From: an uncultured virus (IMG/VR IMGVR_UViG_3300028666_000003)
Taxonomy: Duplodnaviria; Heunggongvirae; Uroviricota; Caudoviricetes
IMG/VR virus record: IMGVR_UViG_3300028666_000003
DNA length: 64,000 nucleotides
Strand: one strand, 5' to 3'
A model generated the notes under the pieces. It was not told the origin of the DNA and searched no databases. It saw only the letters and a program-made list of their open reading frames with translations. A program made the position numbers and the translations under genes. Below are positions 48,024 to 56,422 of this stretch, in pieces (position 1 is the first letter of the stretch; every line of letters starts with the position of its first letter).

Positions 48024-49375
48024 TCCACTTCAGCGATCATCTGAGCCTGGCGTTTCTCAGCGATAATTGCCTGAGCGACTGCCAGGCTTTCCTTTGTGAA
48101 AGTCATATGGTTCTTAGGGTCCACGACAATCCGCAGATTCCGACTGGTGTTGAATTTCCCAAAGGGATGCTTGATGTCAGACAGGAAAGCACTCACTGTG
48201 GCTTTAGCAGCTGATTCCAAGCCACCGAACTTTTCCATCACAAGACTCACAAGATCCTTGCGACTGCAGTGTCCAGCCACGATTAACGTGTAGAGCAAGC
48301 TATTTCTGCTACCCAGTGTAAATCCCATGGAATCTGTGTTGGATACCTTGCGCCTGGGCGGAATCCGCTTCTCACCAAAGGAAGGCAGAGGCTTCTTCAT
48401 CTTCTTGGCCTTCTCAGGGTTCTCATACCCAGGAATCTTGTCCAGATCCAACTGTGCTGCCACCAAGTCCCGGTATTCAGGGTCAGTGTGCAGTTTGTGT
48501 AAGGATGCTTTGTAGACTGCTTTGATGCCTTCAGGGCTGATACGATACTTCTTGGCTAGGTTGGGACCACAGTTCCAATCATGCGTCAAGGCTTTGAGGA
48601 TGGCCAGGTCCCGGTCAATGGAACGGATGAAGTCCATGGAAGGCACAGAAATAGTGAGTCCCCCAAAGAAGTGGATCAGTCGTTCAAAGGCACGCTCTCC
48701 AATCAGTTCCCGGATCTCAGGAACGAGGGTATATTTGAACTTATTGGCAAATAGTTGGTCTTCTCTGACCTCCAAAGCCCCCTTGCTGTAATAAACACGA
48801 AGGCTGACCAAAACATGGTCAGCCAGGTAGCGAGCATACTTGGGATTGACGTCATAACCATGTGTGAGGGTTTTCAGCACTCTTGCACGATTACTCTCAT
48901 AGTCGTTGGCTAAAAGCACACCGAAGATGTAACGAGCAGCAGGTTGATAGCTGTCATCCTCCAATCGCAGGTTCTTCAGCAGATTGCTGTCCATGACCAA
49001 CTCATCCTGAGGAGTAGCGTTTGCAAGTGGGCCATACTCAGGAACTGCTGCATGTGTGTCAGGATCGATGTCATCTGATGACCGCTGGTAATCTCCAGGA
49101 CGTAGCCGAACCTCTGACCAGATTGCCTGTTTGATCACCTTTGTGGCATAAAAGAACAGGTTGCCTCTGGCTGGGTCAAACTTGGCAATCACCTCAGCGG
49201 CTTTGATGAGTCCAAACTGGGTCAGGTCATTCTCATCAAAGTTGCGAGGATCAAAGGAAACTGAGCGAATGATGCCACGGATGAGTGGCGCAAAGAGGGG
49301 CACAATCTCATTCTTAGGTTTGCCCAGGGCAATGTAACGAGACACACGCTCTGCTTCAAAGCAAAAATCAGCCAT
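48020..49375 (-). CDS. Multidomain transcription factor: sigma region 2 + Mor-like domain + C-terminal wHTH-like domain
   Basis: DLTQFGLIKA..FDPARG.LF.YA; ELIGE..L..FFGG.TI.VP..RD..I..LAKKY.IS. Confidence 0.7.
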   Translation of the reverse strand: MADFCFEAERVSRYIALGKPKNEIVPLFAPLIRGIIRSVSFDPRNFDENDLTQFGLIKAAEVIAKFDPARGNLFFYATKVIKQAIWSEVRLRPGDYQRSSDDIDPDTHAAVPEYGPLANATPQDELVMDSNLLKNLRLEDDSYQPAARYIFGVLLANDYESNRARVLKTLTHGYDVNPKYARYLADHVLVSLRVYYSKGALEVREDQLFANKFKYTLVPEIRELIGERAFERLIHFFGGLTISVPSMDFIRSIDRDLAILKALTHDWNCGPNLAKKYRISPEGIKAVYKASLHKLHTDPEYRDLVAAQLDLDKIPGYENPEKAKKMKKPLPSFGEKRIPPRRKVSNTDSMGFTLGSRNSLLYTLIVAGHCSRKDLVSLVMEKFGGLESAAKATVSAFLSDIKHPFGKFNTSRNLRIVVDPKNHMTFTKESLAVAQAIIAEKRQAQMIAEVD

Positions 49376-49382
49376 GTCATCC

Positions 49383-49814
49383 TCACTTCTGGTTAGGGTA
49401 TGACAGGGATATCTGCCTGACAGCGTTTTCCACCTCTGCCTTTGCGATTTCCCGCACTCGCTTGTTCAGGTCACTGGCATTACCAATGTGCACCCTGCAA
49501 CTCGGTGGCTGCTCATAGATGATCTTTTCAAGGCGATGGTATCGTTTGCGTGCTGGCAGTTCCCTCAACTCGATGGAGAGCAACCCCCGCCACACTAATC
49601 GATAGCCTCTTGCGATGGCCAATACCATGCCATCACTGATAATGCTCATGGCAGTGAAGAGGGCATCAGAAGACACGTGCTTTTCCTTAGCCAACCATTT
49701 ACAGAACTGCCGTTGCGTTAACGCCACTTGCGCTTCTGGCAATCGGCATGTAGAAGGTGTCTTTTTGACAAAACCGTGTAGGGCAAAATTAGTTGCCATA
49801 AAAATCTCTCCCAT
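49383..49814 (-). CDS. HU/IHF-like DNA-binding protein
   Basis: AI..G.RL..RGL.SI..R..PARK..P...V......L. Confidence 0.6.
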   Translation of the reverse strand: MGEIFMATNFALHGFVKKTPSTCRLPEAQVALTQRQFCKWLAKEKHVSSDALFTAMSIISDGMVLAIARGYRLVWRGLLSIELRELPARKRYHRLEKIIYEQPPSCRVHIGNASDLNKRVREIAKAEVENAVRQISLSYPNQK

Positions 49815-49937
49815 GTATACCCAGTAGCTTACTACGGGTTGTTGGGAGAGTAAAAGAAAAAAGTTTTGGGTTTATTGGAAGTTATAGACTGTATGGAACC
49901 TCTGCTGGTCAAAATCGGACGACTAGATCGGTTTTTT

Positions 49938-50585
49938 CTAATTACTAGCCCAGTCTGACGTCACTCCCTGAGCTTTACACATGCGTTCGATCTTGGTTAG
50001 GGCTTCCTGGATGAGTTGCCATCCACGCTGTTTGGACACATGGCAGAGAGCCGATGCATCCGCAATGGTCATTGGTTCTCCCAGGAATCCATACACTGCC
50101 CTGATGAGAAACCTTTTCCGGGGGGAAAGACGCATCAGGAAGTGTTTAAGCAGATTCTGCGCAGCAGTCTTGAAGAGTTCGTCTGGCTCAGGGGGTGCCG
50201 CTAGCTGCGACTCGAATGGCTGCGGTCGGTAACTGGTGTCCCCCACGGGAGCAGACAGATAGACAAAGTTGAACATTATTTTTGGCCGGTCTTCCTTCTT
50301 CATGGCCATGTAGTTACGCTTGGGGATGTGGACCACGCTGGACTTGTAATACAGTTTCCTGATCTCCTGACGCATCCTGAAGATGGCATAGGTGGAGAAT
50401 GAGGCTGCAGAGTCGTGCTCTTCCTCATAGTTATGGGCAGCCACAGTGGCCCCCAGGAGAGCTGCTTGGATCAAATCCTCCAGGTCATACGTGCTGTTAG
50501 GCACCTTGTGGGCACTAAGAGCAAGGGTGACTGCAAGACCATGAACTGAACTGACACGTTCTTCAACAATCTGTCTACTTACCAT
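49938..50585 (-). CDS. Sigma-70-family phage sigma factor
   Basis: EDLIQAA.LG..A..Y, FSTYA, V.IP, L.PR..I..YG, HTH VSKQR..Q...AL.K. Confidence 0.85.
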   Translation of the reverse strand: MVSRQIVEERVSSVHGLAVTLALSAHKVPNSTYDLEDLIQAALLGATVAAHNYEEEHDSAASFSTYAIFRMRQEIRKLYYKSSVVHIPKRNYMAMKKEDRPKIMFNFVYLSAPVGDTSYRPQPFESQLAAPPEPDELFKTAAQNLLKHFLMRLSPRKRFLIRAVYGFLGEPMTIADASALCHVSKQRGWQLIQEALTKIERMCKAQGVTSDWASN

Positions 50586-51102
50586 TGAATACCTTCTTCA
50601 CAAGTTTAACAGGAACTGATTCCACGAATGCCTTCAAGTCCATGACATACACATTACGGTGCACGCCACTCTCCAGCATCCAGCACAAGTGCATGTAAAC
50701 CACAGGCAGATGGATTGCTCCTGCCTTTGACAGTCTCACGTAGGCATACTGGGAGATAGCCATAAGCGGCTGCTTACGGTTCTCCTTCATTACCAGGAAA
50801 GGCTGCTTGCCCACTGCCTTGGCATCTCCACGAGCCTGCTCCCACCAGGCAAAGATATTGGACTTTGCATACAGGGCCTTGTAAAGTTCTACCTCTTTAT
50901 ACGCCTTACACTCGATGGAGAATGGAAAGTTGGCTTCTGGGGGAGCCACGATATCACCATAGAAATCAGTGGTGCCATGCCCCATATTCCTACTCTGTGT
51001 GTTCCAGGCCCCGGAACTGGGGGTGCGACGGAAGGGCACACCCCACCAATCTCCCAGAATCTTTGCAGTTGCGCGTTCCTGACTTTTAAAATCCTTGGCC
51101 AC
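50575..51102 (-). CDS. Holliday junction resolvase (PD-(D/E)xK)
   Basis: ER..AK, FRRTPSSGA, GDI, FSIECK, WWEQ. Confidence 0.85.
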   Translation of the reverse strand: MAKDFKSQERATAKILGDWWGVPFRRTPSSGAWNTQSRNMGHGTTDFYGDIVAPPEANFPFSIECKAYKEVELYKALYAKSNIFAWWEQARGDAKAVGKQPFLVMKENRKQPLMAISQYAYVRLSKAGAIHLPVVYMHLCWMLESGVHRNVYVMDLKAFVESVPVKLVKKVFNGK

Positions 51103-51140
51103 ACTTCCCTCCTGATTGAAAGATCGTTTCTTCGTTTAGT

Positions 51141-51168
51141 ATAACGGTGAACGGGGATCTGAGGATAT
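51141..51168 (-). promoter_or_regulatory. Putative phage-sigma promoter (ATCCT-N15-CGTTAT)
   Basis: ATATCCT cagatccccgttcac CGTTAT upstream of the resolvase RBS. Confidence 0.6.
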
Positions 51169-51241
51169 ATTTAATAAACTCGAAGATTGTTCTAGCTTTG
51201 GTGAAAAATAGGTCTAAAATAGCTTTAGAGGTCCTATAAAT

Positions 51242-51466
51242 ATGCTCAAACTAAAAGATATCCTGGGTAAGCCAATCCCACGATGCGTGGCAAAGGTCAT
51301 CGTCATTGTCGGTGGGTCCTTCCTGGTTAGCACCTGCATCTTGTTCCTAGCAAGATTCTGTGTGTTTACTGCAGATTCCCTGAATCTTCCAGTAAAGTGG
51401 GTTGTGCTGATTCTCTCTTCCCTTGTGCTCACCCTAATCGTTGGCCCCTTGAAGGAGGTTGTATGA
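51242..51466 (+). CDS. Small membrane protein (2 TM)
   Basis: GAGG RBS, hydrophobic segments. Confidence 0.55.
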   Translation: MLKLKDILGKPIPRCVAKVIVIVGGSFLVSTCILFLARFCVFTADSLNLPVKWVVLILSSLVLTLIVGPLKEVV

Positions 51467-51633
51467 ACCAGGAAGTCATGCCTGACTATGCTCCCAAGAA
51501 AGTATGGGAAGGCTTGGGGTTTGTCATTCCCAACATCGAGATGCCCTCTGCCATTAACCGCAACGGTCAAGAGGTTTTTCACTACACCCAGGTGCTCCAC
51601 TGCTACAAACCCAAACTTCAGGAGGCACAATGA
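51463..51633 (+). CDS. Hypothetical protein
   Basis: AAGGAGG RBS, ATGA coupling. Confidence 0.55.
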   Translation: MNQEVMPDYAPKKVWEGLGFVIPNIEMPSAINRNGQEVFHYTQVLHCYKPKLQEAQ

Positions 51634-51911
51634 TTCTACAAGCTGAATTCTCTCGGCCTTTAGTCTCAGGAGCATGGCGATTGCTTCCTGAGTCACATGG
51701 TAAGACTGCCCTTGTTGCATGCCCCAAATGCCAGCAGATCCTGGCAGTTGGGCGCCCTCAAGGGCAAAAGGTGTCTAAGACAGGACACGTGAGACCAGCA
51801 GTTGACTGCACCTGCTGCCATACAGAACTCGACATCACTCTCAACGGCTGGCGCACCGTGCGTGGAATCGTCAGAGAGGTTTACTTGGCCTACTTGGCCA
51901 AAGTCCAATAG
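51630..51911 (+). CDS. Zn-binding hypothetical protein
   Basis: CPKC..C.CCH; AGGAGG RBS. Confidence 0.6.
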   Translation: MILQAEFSRPLVSGAWRLLPESHGKTALVACPKCQQILAVGRPQGQKVSKTGHVRPAVDCTCCHTELDITLNGWRTVRGIVREVYLAYLAKVQ

Positions 51912-51919
51912 GGGTCACC

Positions 51920-52297
51920 ATGGCAAAAGCAAAACTCATCAACGGTGAAATGTTCCTTCTCATGATCAGCGAGGAGGATGCCTGTAAAGAAGGAACTGCT
52001 TGGGTAAGACGTTGGGTTAGACAGAATCCCAACACACCTATCTCCCAGTTCTTTCTGAGCAAAACTGAGGTCAAGACTGAACATTGGGCTTACTGCCCTC
52101 ATGGATATCTCCGGTGGGCCTTCAGTCGTATGCTGGACTGGTCAGAAGTCCAAGGAAAGGGCCAGTTCAGGTTGGGTTTTTGGCCCAACGACCGTGTTGA
52201 AGACTTCCTACTGAAAAACTGGGGGCACACTTCGCTTTCTGGCATTACACCCAAGCAACTCGCCCTGGCATTGGCCCAGGCATACTCAGGAGAATAA
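51920..52297 (+). CDS. Hypothetical protein
   Basis: Operon-like spacing; AC..G..W motif. Confidence 0.6.
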   Translation: MAKAKLINGEMFLLMISEEDACKEGTAWVRRWVRQNPNTPISQFFLSKTEVKTEHWAYCPHGYLRWAFSRMLDWSEVQGKGQFRLGFWPNDRVEDFLLKNWGHTSLSGITPKQLALALAQAYSGE

Positions 52298-52298
52298 C

Positions 52299-52718
52299 AT
52301 GTATGGTATGGAAGACGAAATCCAGGAACTCACAGCCAAAGTCAAAGACGCAACAAAGCAGATCCAGGAACTCACGGAGGCATACCAGTTGTCCCACGTG
52401 CATGTCCTGGAACTCCAGGGGTTCTATGGCCTGGTCTGCAAGTCTGAAAAGGACCTGCTGAACCAGGTGCAGGAACTCAAGGATCAGGTGGAAGCCTGGA
52501 AGCAGGCCGCCAAGGACTGGGAAGCCAAATCCGCCATGCTGTATGGCCAATTGACTGACGCCAAGACAGAAATCAGAGAACTGGAGGCACAGCAGCACAA
52601 CTCCACATCCTTCAGTTACCCTGAGTTCCACTGTGAGGGCGAGGTCATGGAGGCCATGCAGTTGCGTCACGCCAAGCATGGGATGGACCCCAACCGGGAT
52701 GTCCCAGGAGAGTGCTGA
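52299..52718 (+). CDS. Coiled-coil hypothetical protein
   Basis: AGGAG RBS, heptad pattern. Confidence 0.65.
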   Translation: MYGMEDEIQELTAKVKDATKQIQELTEAYQLSHVHVLELQGFYGLVCKSEKDLLNQVQELKDQVEAWKQAAKDWEAKSAMLYGQLTDAKTEIRELEAQQHNSTSFSYPEFHCEGEVMEAMQLRHAKHGMDPNRDVPGEC

Positions 52719-52719
52719 C

Positions 52720-53037
52720 ATGGTCAAGGTATGGAGTCACCTGGAGGCATTCATCTTTGCAATCATGTGTTCTGTGGCAACTGGGTTGGTTACCCATCAT
52801 TTTACAATCCATCGAGCGCCACCGTTGGATATCCTGCAATACCAGGATGCATATGCAGAGGCAAGCAAAGCCAATAACCACCAGGAAGCCTATGACGCGT
52901 GTAGTTATGTGGTTGCTTACTACACATGGGCCCATAACGATAGTGCTGCCAGAGCCTGGTCAGTAGCCAAGCGCAGGGAGTTGAGTCTGGCTCAAGAACA
53001 GGCTAAGAGGGAAGTTCAGAATTTTCTGAAACCATAA
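52720..53037 (+). CDS. Membrane-anchored hypothetical protein
   Basis: AGGAG RBS, N-terminal TM. Confidence 0.55.
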   Translation: MVKVWSHLEAFIFAIMCSVATGLVTHHFTIHRAPPLDILQYQDAYAEASKANNHQEAYDACSYVVAYYTWAHNDSAARAWSVAKRRELSLAQEQAKREVQNFLKP

Positions 53038-53075
53038 CTGTCCAGGCGCACCCCGCGCCTTCCGTGGAGAACCCC

Positions 53076-53264
53076 ATGAAAACCATCACCGATGCAGAGG
53101 CACAGAACGTCCTCAACCGGGTCCGCGAGGCCCTGGACACTCCCGACCTCGCCAACCCTTTCCAACGCCTCGTCGCGGTCGGAATGGCACTCAAAGCCCT
53201 CGACCCGATCACCTCATCCGACATCCAGCAGGCGGAAGAGATTGCCACCGCCACCCGTCTGTAG
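53076..53264 (+). CDS. Hypothetical protein
   Basis: GGAG RBS, GC3-rich codons. Confidence 0.6.
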   Translation: MKTITDAEAQNVLNRVREALDTPDLANPFQRLVAVGMALKALDPITSSDIQQAEEIATATRL

Positions 53265-53287
53265 TTGTCCAGATGCGGGAGGCATCC

Positions 53288-53410
53288 ATGACCTGGATCT
53301 GCGAGAACTGCGAGGCCGAAAACTCCGACCTGACCGCCGATTGCGAGGAGTGCGGCGAGATGAACCTTGAATTGATTGAACGCTACCTCGAAGCCGACAC
53401 CGACTTCTAA
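53288..53410 (+). CDS. 40-aa RanBP2-type zinc-finger peptide
   Basis: MTWICENCEAENSDLTADCEECG fits W-x-C-x2-C-x3-N-x6-C-x2-C; GGAGG RBS. Confidence 0.7.
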   Translation: MTWICENCEAENSDLTADCEECGEMNLELIERYLEADTDF

Positions 53411-53426
53411 ACCCAAGGAGAAAGCC

Positions 53427-53642
53427 GTGAGCGAAACCGGAGCCATTGAACTTTGCAGCGCCATCCGTGGCGCGTCCCTGATGACCCCCGAACCGTTCCG
53501 CAAGGACGTGTTCAAGATGCTGGACCAGTTGGAGGCGCGAATCCAGGACACCATTACCACCGTCTGCCCCGACAACGATTCCCAGTGGTCCACTCTCGAC
53601 GGGTGCCAGGTTGCCCGCCGCGCCATTGCCGCCCGTCTGTAA
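53427..53642 (+). CDS. Hypothetical protein
   Basis: AAGGAG then GTG start. Confidence 0.55.
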   Translation: MSETGAIELCSAIRGASLMTPEPFRKDVFKMLDQLEARIQDTITTVCPDNDSQWSTLDGCQVARRAIAARL

Positions 53643-53666
53643 GCACCTGTCCAGAACGGAGAACCA

Positions 53667-53849
53667 ATGCTCATCAAGCAGGATGCCCCAGCCTTCAGCC
53701 CCATCACCATCATCCTGGGAACCGCGAGGGACGCTGAGACCTTCTGGCAGATGATCCTCTGCGCCGAGAAAACAGACGCCCTGGTCGGTGCACAGAAGGA
53801 CATGGCGATCATGCTTTCTGATTTCTTCACCAGCAAAGCACACCTGTAG
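53667..53849 (+). CDS. Hypothetical protein
   Basis: GGAG RBS. Confidence 0.55.
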   Translation: MLIKQDAPAFSPITIILGTARDAETFWQMILCAEKTDALVGAQKDMAIMLSDFFTSKAHL

Positions 53850-53889
53850 CACCTGTCCACTCGCGGGAACCTCCCGCAGAAAGAAGAAT

Positions 53890-54123
53890 ATGTCAATCGC
53901 AACTGTCACAACTTACACGTGTGAACTCTGTGGGATCTCAGAAGTGGACCCTGCAAAGCAGAAAAACTGGCTCCAGGGAGAGGATTGGTGGAAACCCAAG
54001 AAGTGCCTGTGTGATAACTGCGTGGCTTCCATTGTGAGCAAGGTTATGTTAACTCCAGGTTCTTGTATTGGAGTTATCCCCCTTGCAGAACACCTTTTCA
54101 GGACCACTGGACGGAAGTCATGA
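53890..54123 (+). CDS. Zn-finger hypothetical protein
   Basis: YTCELCG..W..LCDNC. Confidence 0.6.
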   Translation: MSIATVTTYTCELCGISEVDPAKQKNWLQGEDWWKPKKCLCDNCVASIVSKVMLTPGSCIGVIPLAEHLFRTTGRKS

Positions 54124-54509
54124 GACACAAGTCTGACTTCATCCTGCTCCATGGCACACCCTTTGGGGATCAGCGCCTGTTCTGTGACAAGAATAATATC
54201 CCATGGCCACCTCCACTGTTCCTGTCCGTTGCAGGCTGGGGGGTGTTCAGGATGACCAACATGTCTCAGATTACAGACGAGCAGATCCAATCCATGACAC
54301 ACGTGGCAAGAGGTGCAGAGTATGTGTCTTGTTCTAGTGCAGAACTGCCAGGCCCTGCAGCTATCGTGGACTTGGACACACAGTTTGCATTCGGAGACAA
54401 GGATTCTAACAACGCACACGGCCAAACTGACCCAGGCCAGAGGGATGGGCACAGCACACAGATTGGTGGTGGCACAGACATGACCCGTTACACAAGGCAG
54501 GGGATGTAA
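54120..54509 (+). CDS. Hypothetical protein
   Basis: ATGA coupling; WPPP..SQITD..ARGAEY. Confidence 0.6.
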   Translation: MRHKSDFILLHGTPFGDQRLFCDKNNIPWPPPLFLSVAGWGVFRMTNMSQITDEQIQSMTHVARGAEYVSCSSAELPGPAAIVDLDTQFAFGDKDSNNAHGQTDPGQRDGHSTQIGGGTDMTRYTRQGM

Positions 54510-54529
54510 CACAGTCTTCCAAGCAATAC

Positions 54530-54568
54530 AAAGGCCCAGGGTTTTCTCAACCTGGGCCTATTCTTTTA
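54530..54568 (+). terminator. Intrinsic terminator
   Basis: AGGCCCAGG...CCTGGGCCT followed by ATTCTTTT. Confidence 0.65.
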
Positions 54569-54731
54569 TCTTATGTTTCCAATAGCCGTTCCAAGCAGGG
54601 TCTTCTTGTATTACAGGAAAACGAAGAGGCCAGTTAATCCACGATTTGTTCTCTTTTAACCCCCGGGGCATTCCCTCTTTTTAGCCTCTTCTCACCGTCC
54701 GATTATAGCCCATTATCATTTTTATAAAATT

Positions 54732-55067
54732 TTACAGGGTTATGGCTTCTCCATTCGTGATGTAGCCATGCCATTGACAGTGTCCCAGGATTCTGACAGA
54801 TGGAGTCAGCGTCACGTCCAGGTAGGAAGATCCTGTCATGTGCCATCTAGCTTTGCCTGCAGTTCCTGGGTCTGTTCCTGGAATCCATACAGCAACCTTG
54901 TGGTCCATGCGTATGCCAGCAGCATTCCGTTTGTTATGGCAGGCAGGACATGAGAACATGAGTCCATCTGCTTCCTGGATCGTGTCTACGTGTTCCCAGA
55001 CATGCCCATTCACCTTTTCATGGAGAATCCTCAGGAATTGTGGATGTAGTTCAGAAAGTGGCAGCAT
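54732..55067 (-). CDS. DUF6527-like protein
   Basis: F.CP.C..H..W..TLTPSV..C.WHGYITNG. Confidence 0.7.
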   Translation of the reverse strand: MLPLSELHPQFLRILHEKVNGHVWEHVDTIQEADGLMFSCPACHNKRNAAGIRMDHKVAVWIPGTDPGTAGKARWHMTGSSYLDVTLTPSVRILGHCQWHGYITNGEAITL

Positions 55068-56095
55068 AGTGTGGCTCCTTTGTGTATAGTAGCACGTTCT
55101 GCACCTGCTTGGACCTTCTTTCAGGGATCCATGGCGTCTTATGTGTGATTTTGTGTATACATATTTATGTGCTTGGCATGTGTTGTGGCGTCTTATGTGG
55201 AAATTGTTGTATAATTCCCAGGGGGACCACCACCGCTCGCTACGGGTCTCCGATAGGGAAGCCTACCCCAGGTCCTTAGCTAGACTAGGGTTTAGCCTAT
55301 CGGACGGGCTCGGTCTCCGGTCCTCCCGGTCCCTCTCCTCTTCTTCTACTCGGTAGAATCTTCCTACTATTTCCCCTCTTCTTACTAAAGAACCTAGGAT
55401 ATAAACCCGGATCTCCTTCCCGTCCGTTAAGGCCCCTAGCTTCCCCCTAGACCCTCCGATCCTCTAGGCCCCTCTAGAGGCCCCGGAATAGGAAATGAGG
55501 GATTCTAGGGGCGTTTCCGGCGAATAGGACGGGAAGAGGGAGGACCCCTTCGATCTTCCCGGAAGAAGCTAGGGCTTCCCCTATAGAACCCGGAAGGATA
55601 GGCCCCGGAACGGACGGGGAGACTGGACTAGATCGAAAGGCCCCTTCCCGTCCGTTCCTTCCGCTCCAGTCTCCCCGGTAGGGTTCTAGGGTTCCCCGGA
55701 TCTTAGGTTTTAGGGGAGCGGGATCTAACGGACGGACGGAGCCGGATTCGTCTAGTCCAGCCGTAGGGGAAGGCGAAAGGCCCCTTTCGAGGGTTCCCCG
55801 GTAGGGTTCGGAAGGCTCTAGGCGATTCCCCGGAGAGGCGCGTCTTTCCTCGATTCCTTCCGTTCGTCTTTCTACGGGTCGATATAGCCTAACGGACGGG
55901 GCGCGTCTCTTAGGGCCTTCTAGGCCCCTTAAAATCGATTCCGCTATTTCTTCGACCTTTCGCTTTTTAGGACTCTTCCCGTCCTATCGATTCGAAGCAG
56001 GAAGGGGAACCCGTCGAAACGTACCGTACGTTAAATCCGAACCCGGAATAACGTACGGGAAGGCCCTAGCCTTCCGGGCCTTCGACGATAGAACG

Positions 56096-56157
56096 AAAAA
56101 GGCCCCTTCCGGGGCCTAGGGCGTACGTAGAAAGGCCCCGGTCGTTTCCGGGGCCTA
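56096..56157 (-). terminator. Tandem GGCCCC hairpin terminators
   Basis: AGGCCCCGG..CCGGGGCCT then GGCCCC-GGAA-GGGGCC-TTTTT on the minus strand. Confidence 0.65.
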
Positions 56158-56173
56158 GTTCCGTCCGATTCGT

Positions 56174-56362
56174 TTAGAGCAGGAAGAGGAACGCGAGGAA
56201 CGCGATAAACGCGATCCCGAAAAGGGGAAGGAAGAGGGATCGTTTCCGGGGAAGAGGCCGAACCCGGTAGATAGGCTCGATCCGATTCGCGGAAGAGTAG
56301 GAAAGGGAAGAGGCGGAATCCCTACGGGAAAGGCCGGGAAGAGTCCTATTAGATTCGAGCAT
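56174..56362 (-). CDS. 62-aa protein with C-terminal TM helix
   Basis: Its ATG is one of the few CA/TG sites kept in the island; basic stretch then hydrophobic C-terminus. Confidence 0.5.
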   Translation of the reverse strand: MLESNRTLPGLSRRDSASSLSYSSANRIEPIYRVRPLPRKRSLFLPLFGIAFIAFLAFLFLL

Positions 56363-56422
56363 TTAGTCCGTCCTATTAGATTCGAGCAGGTAGGGAAAGG
56401 GGCCTCTTTCGAGGCCCCGATT

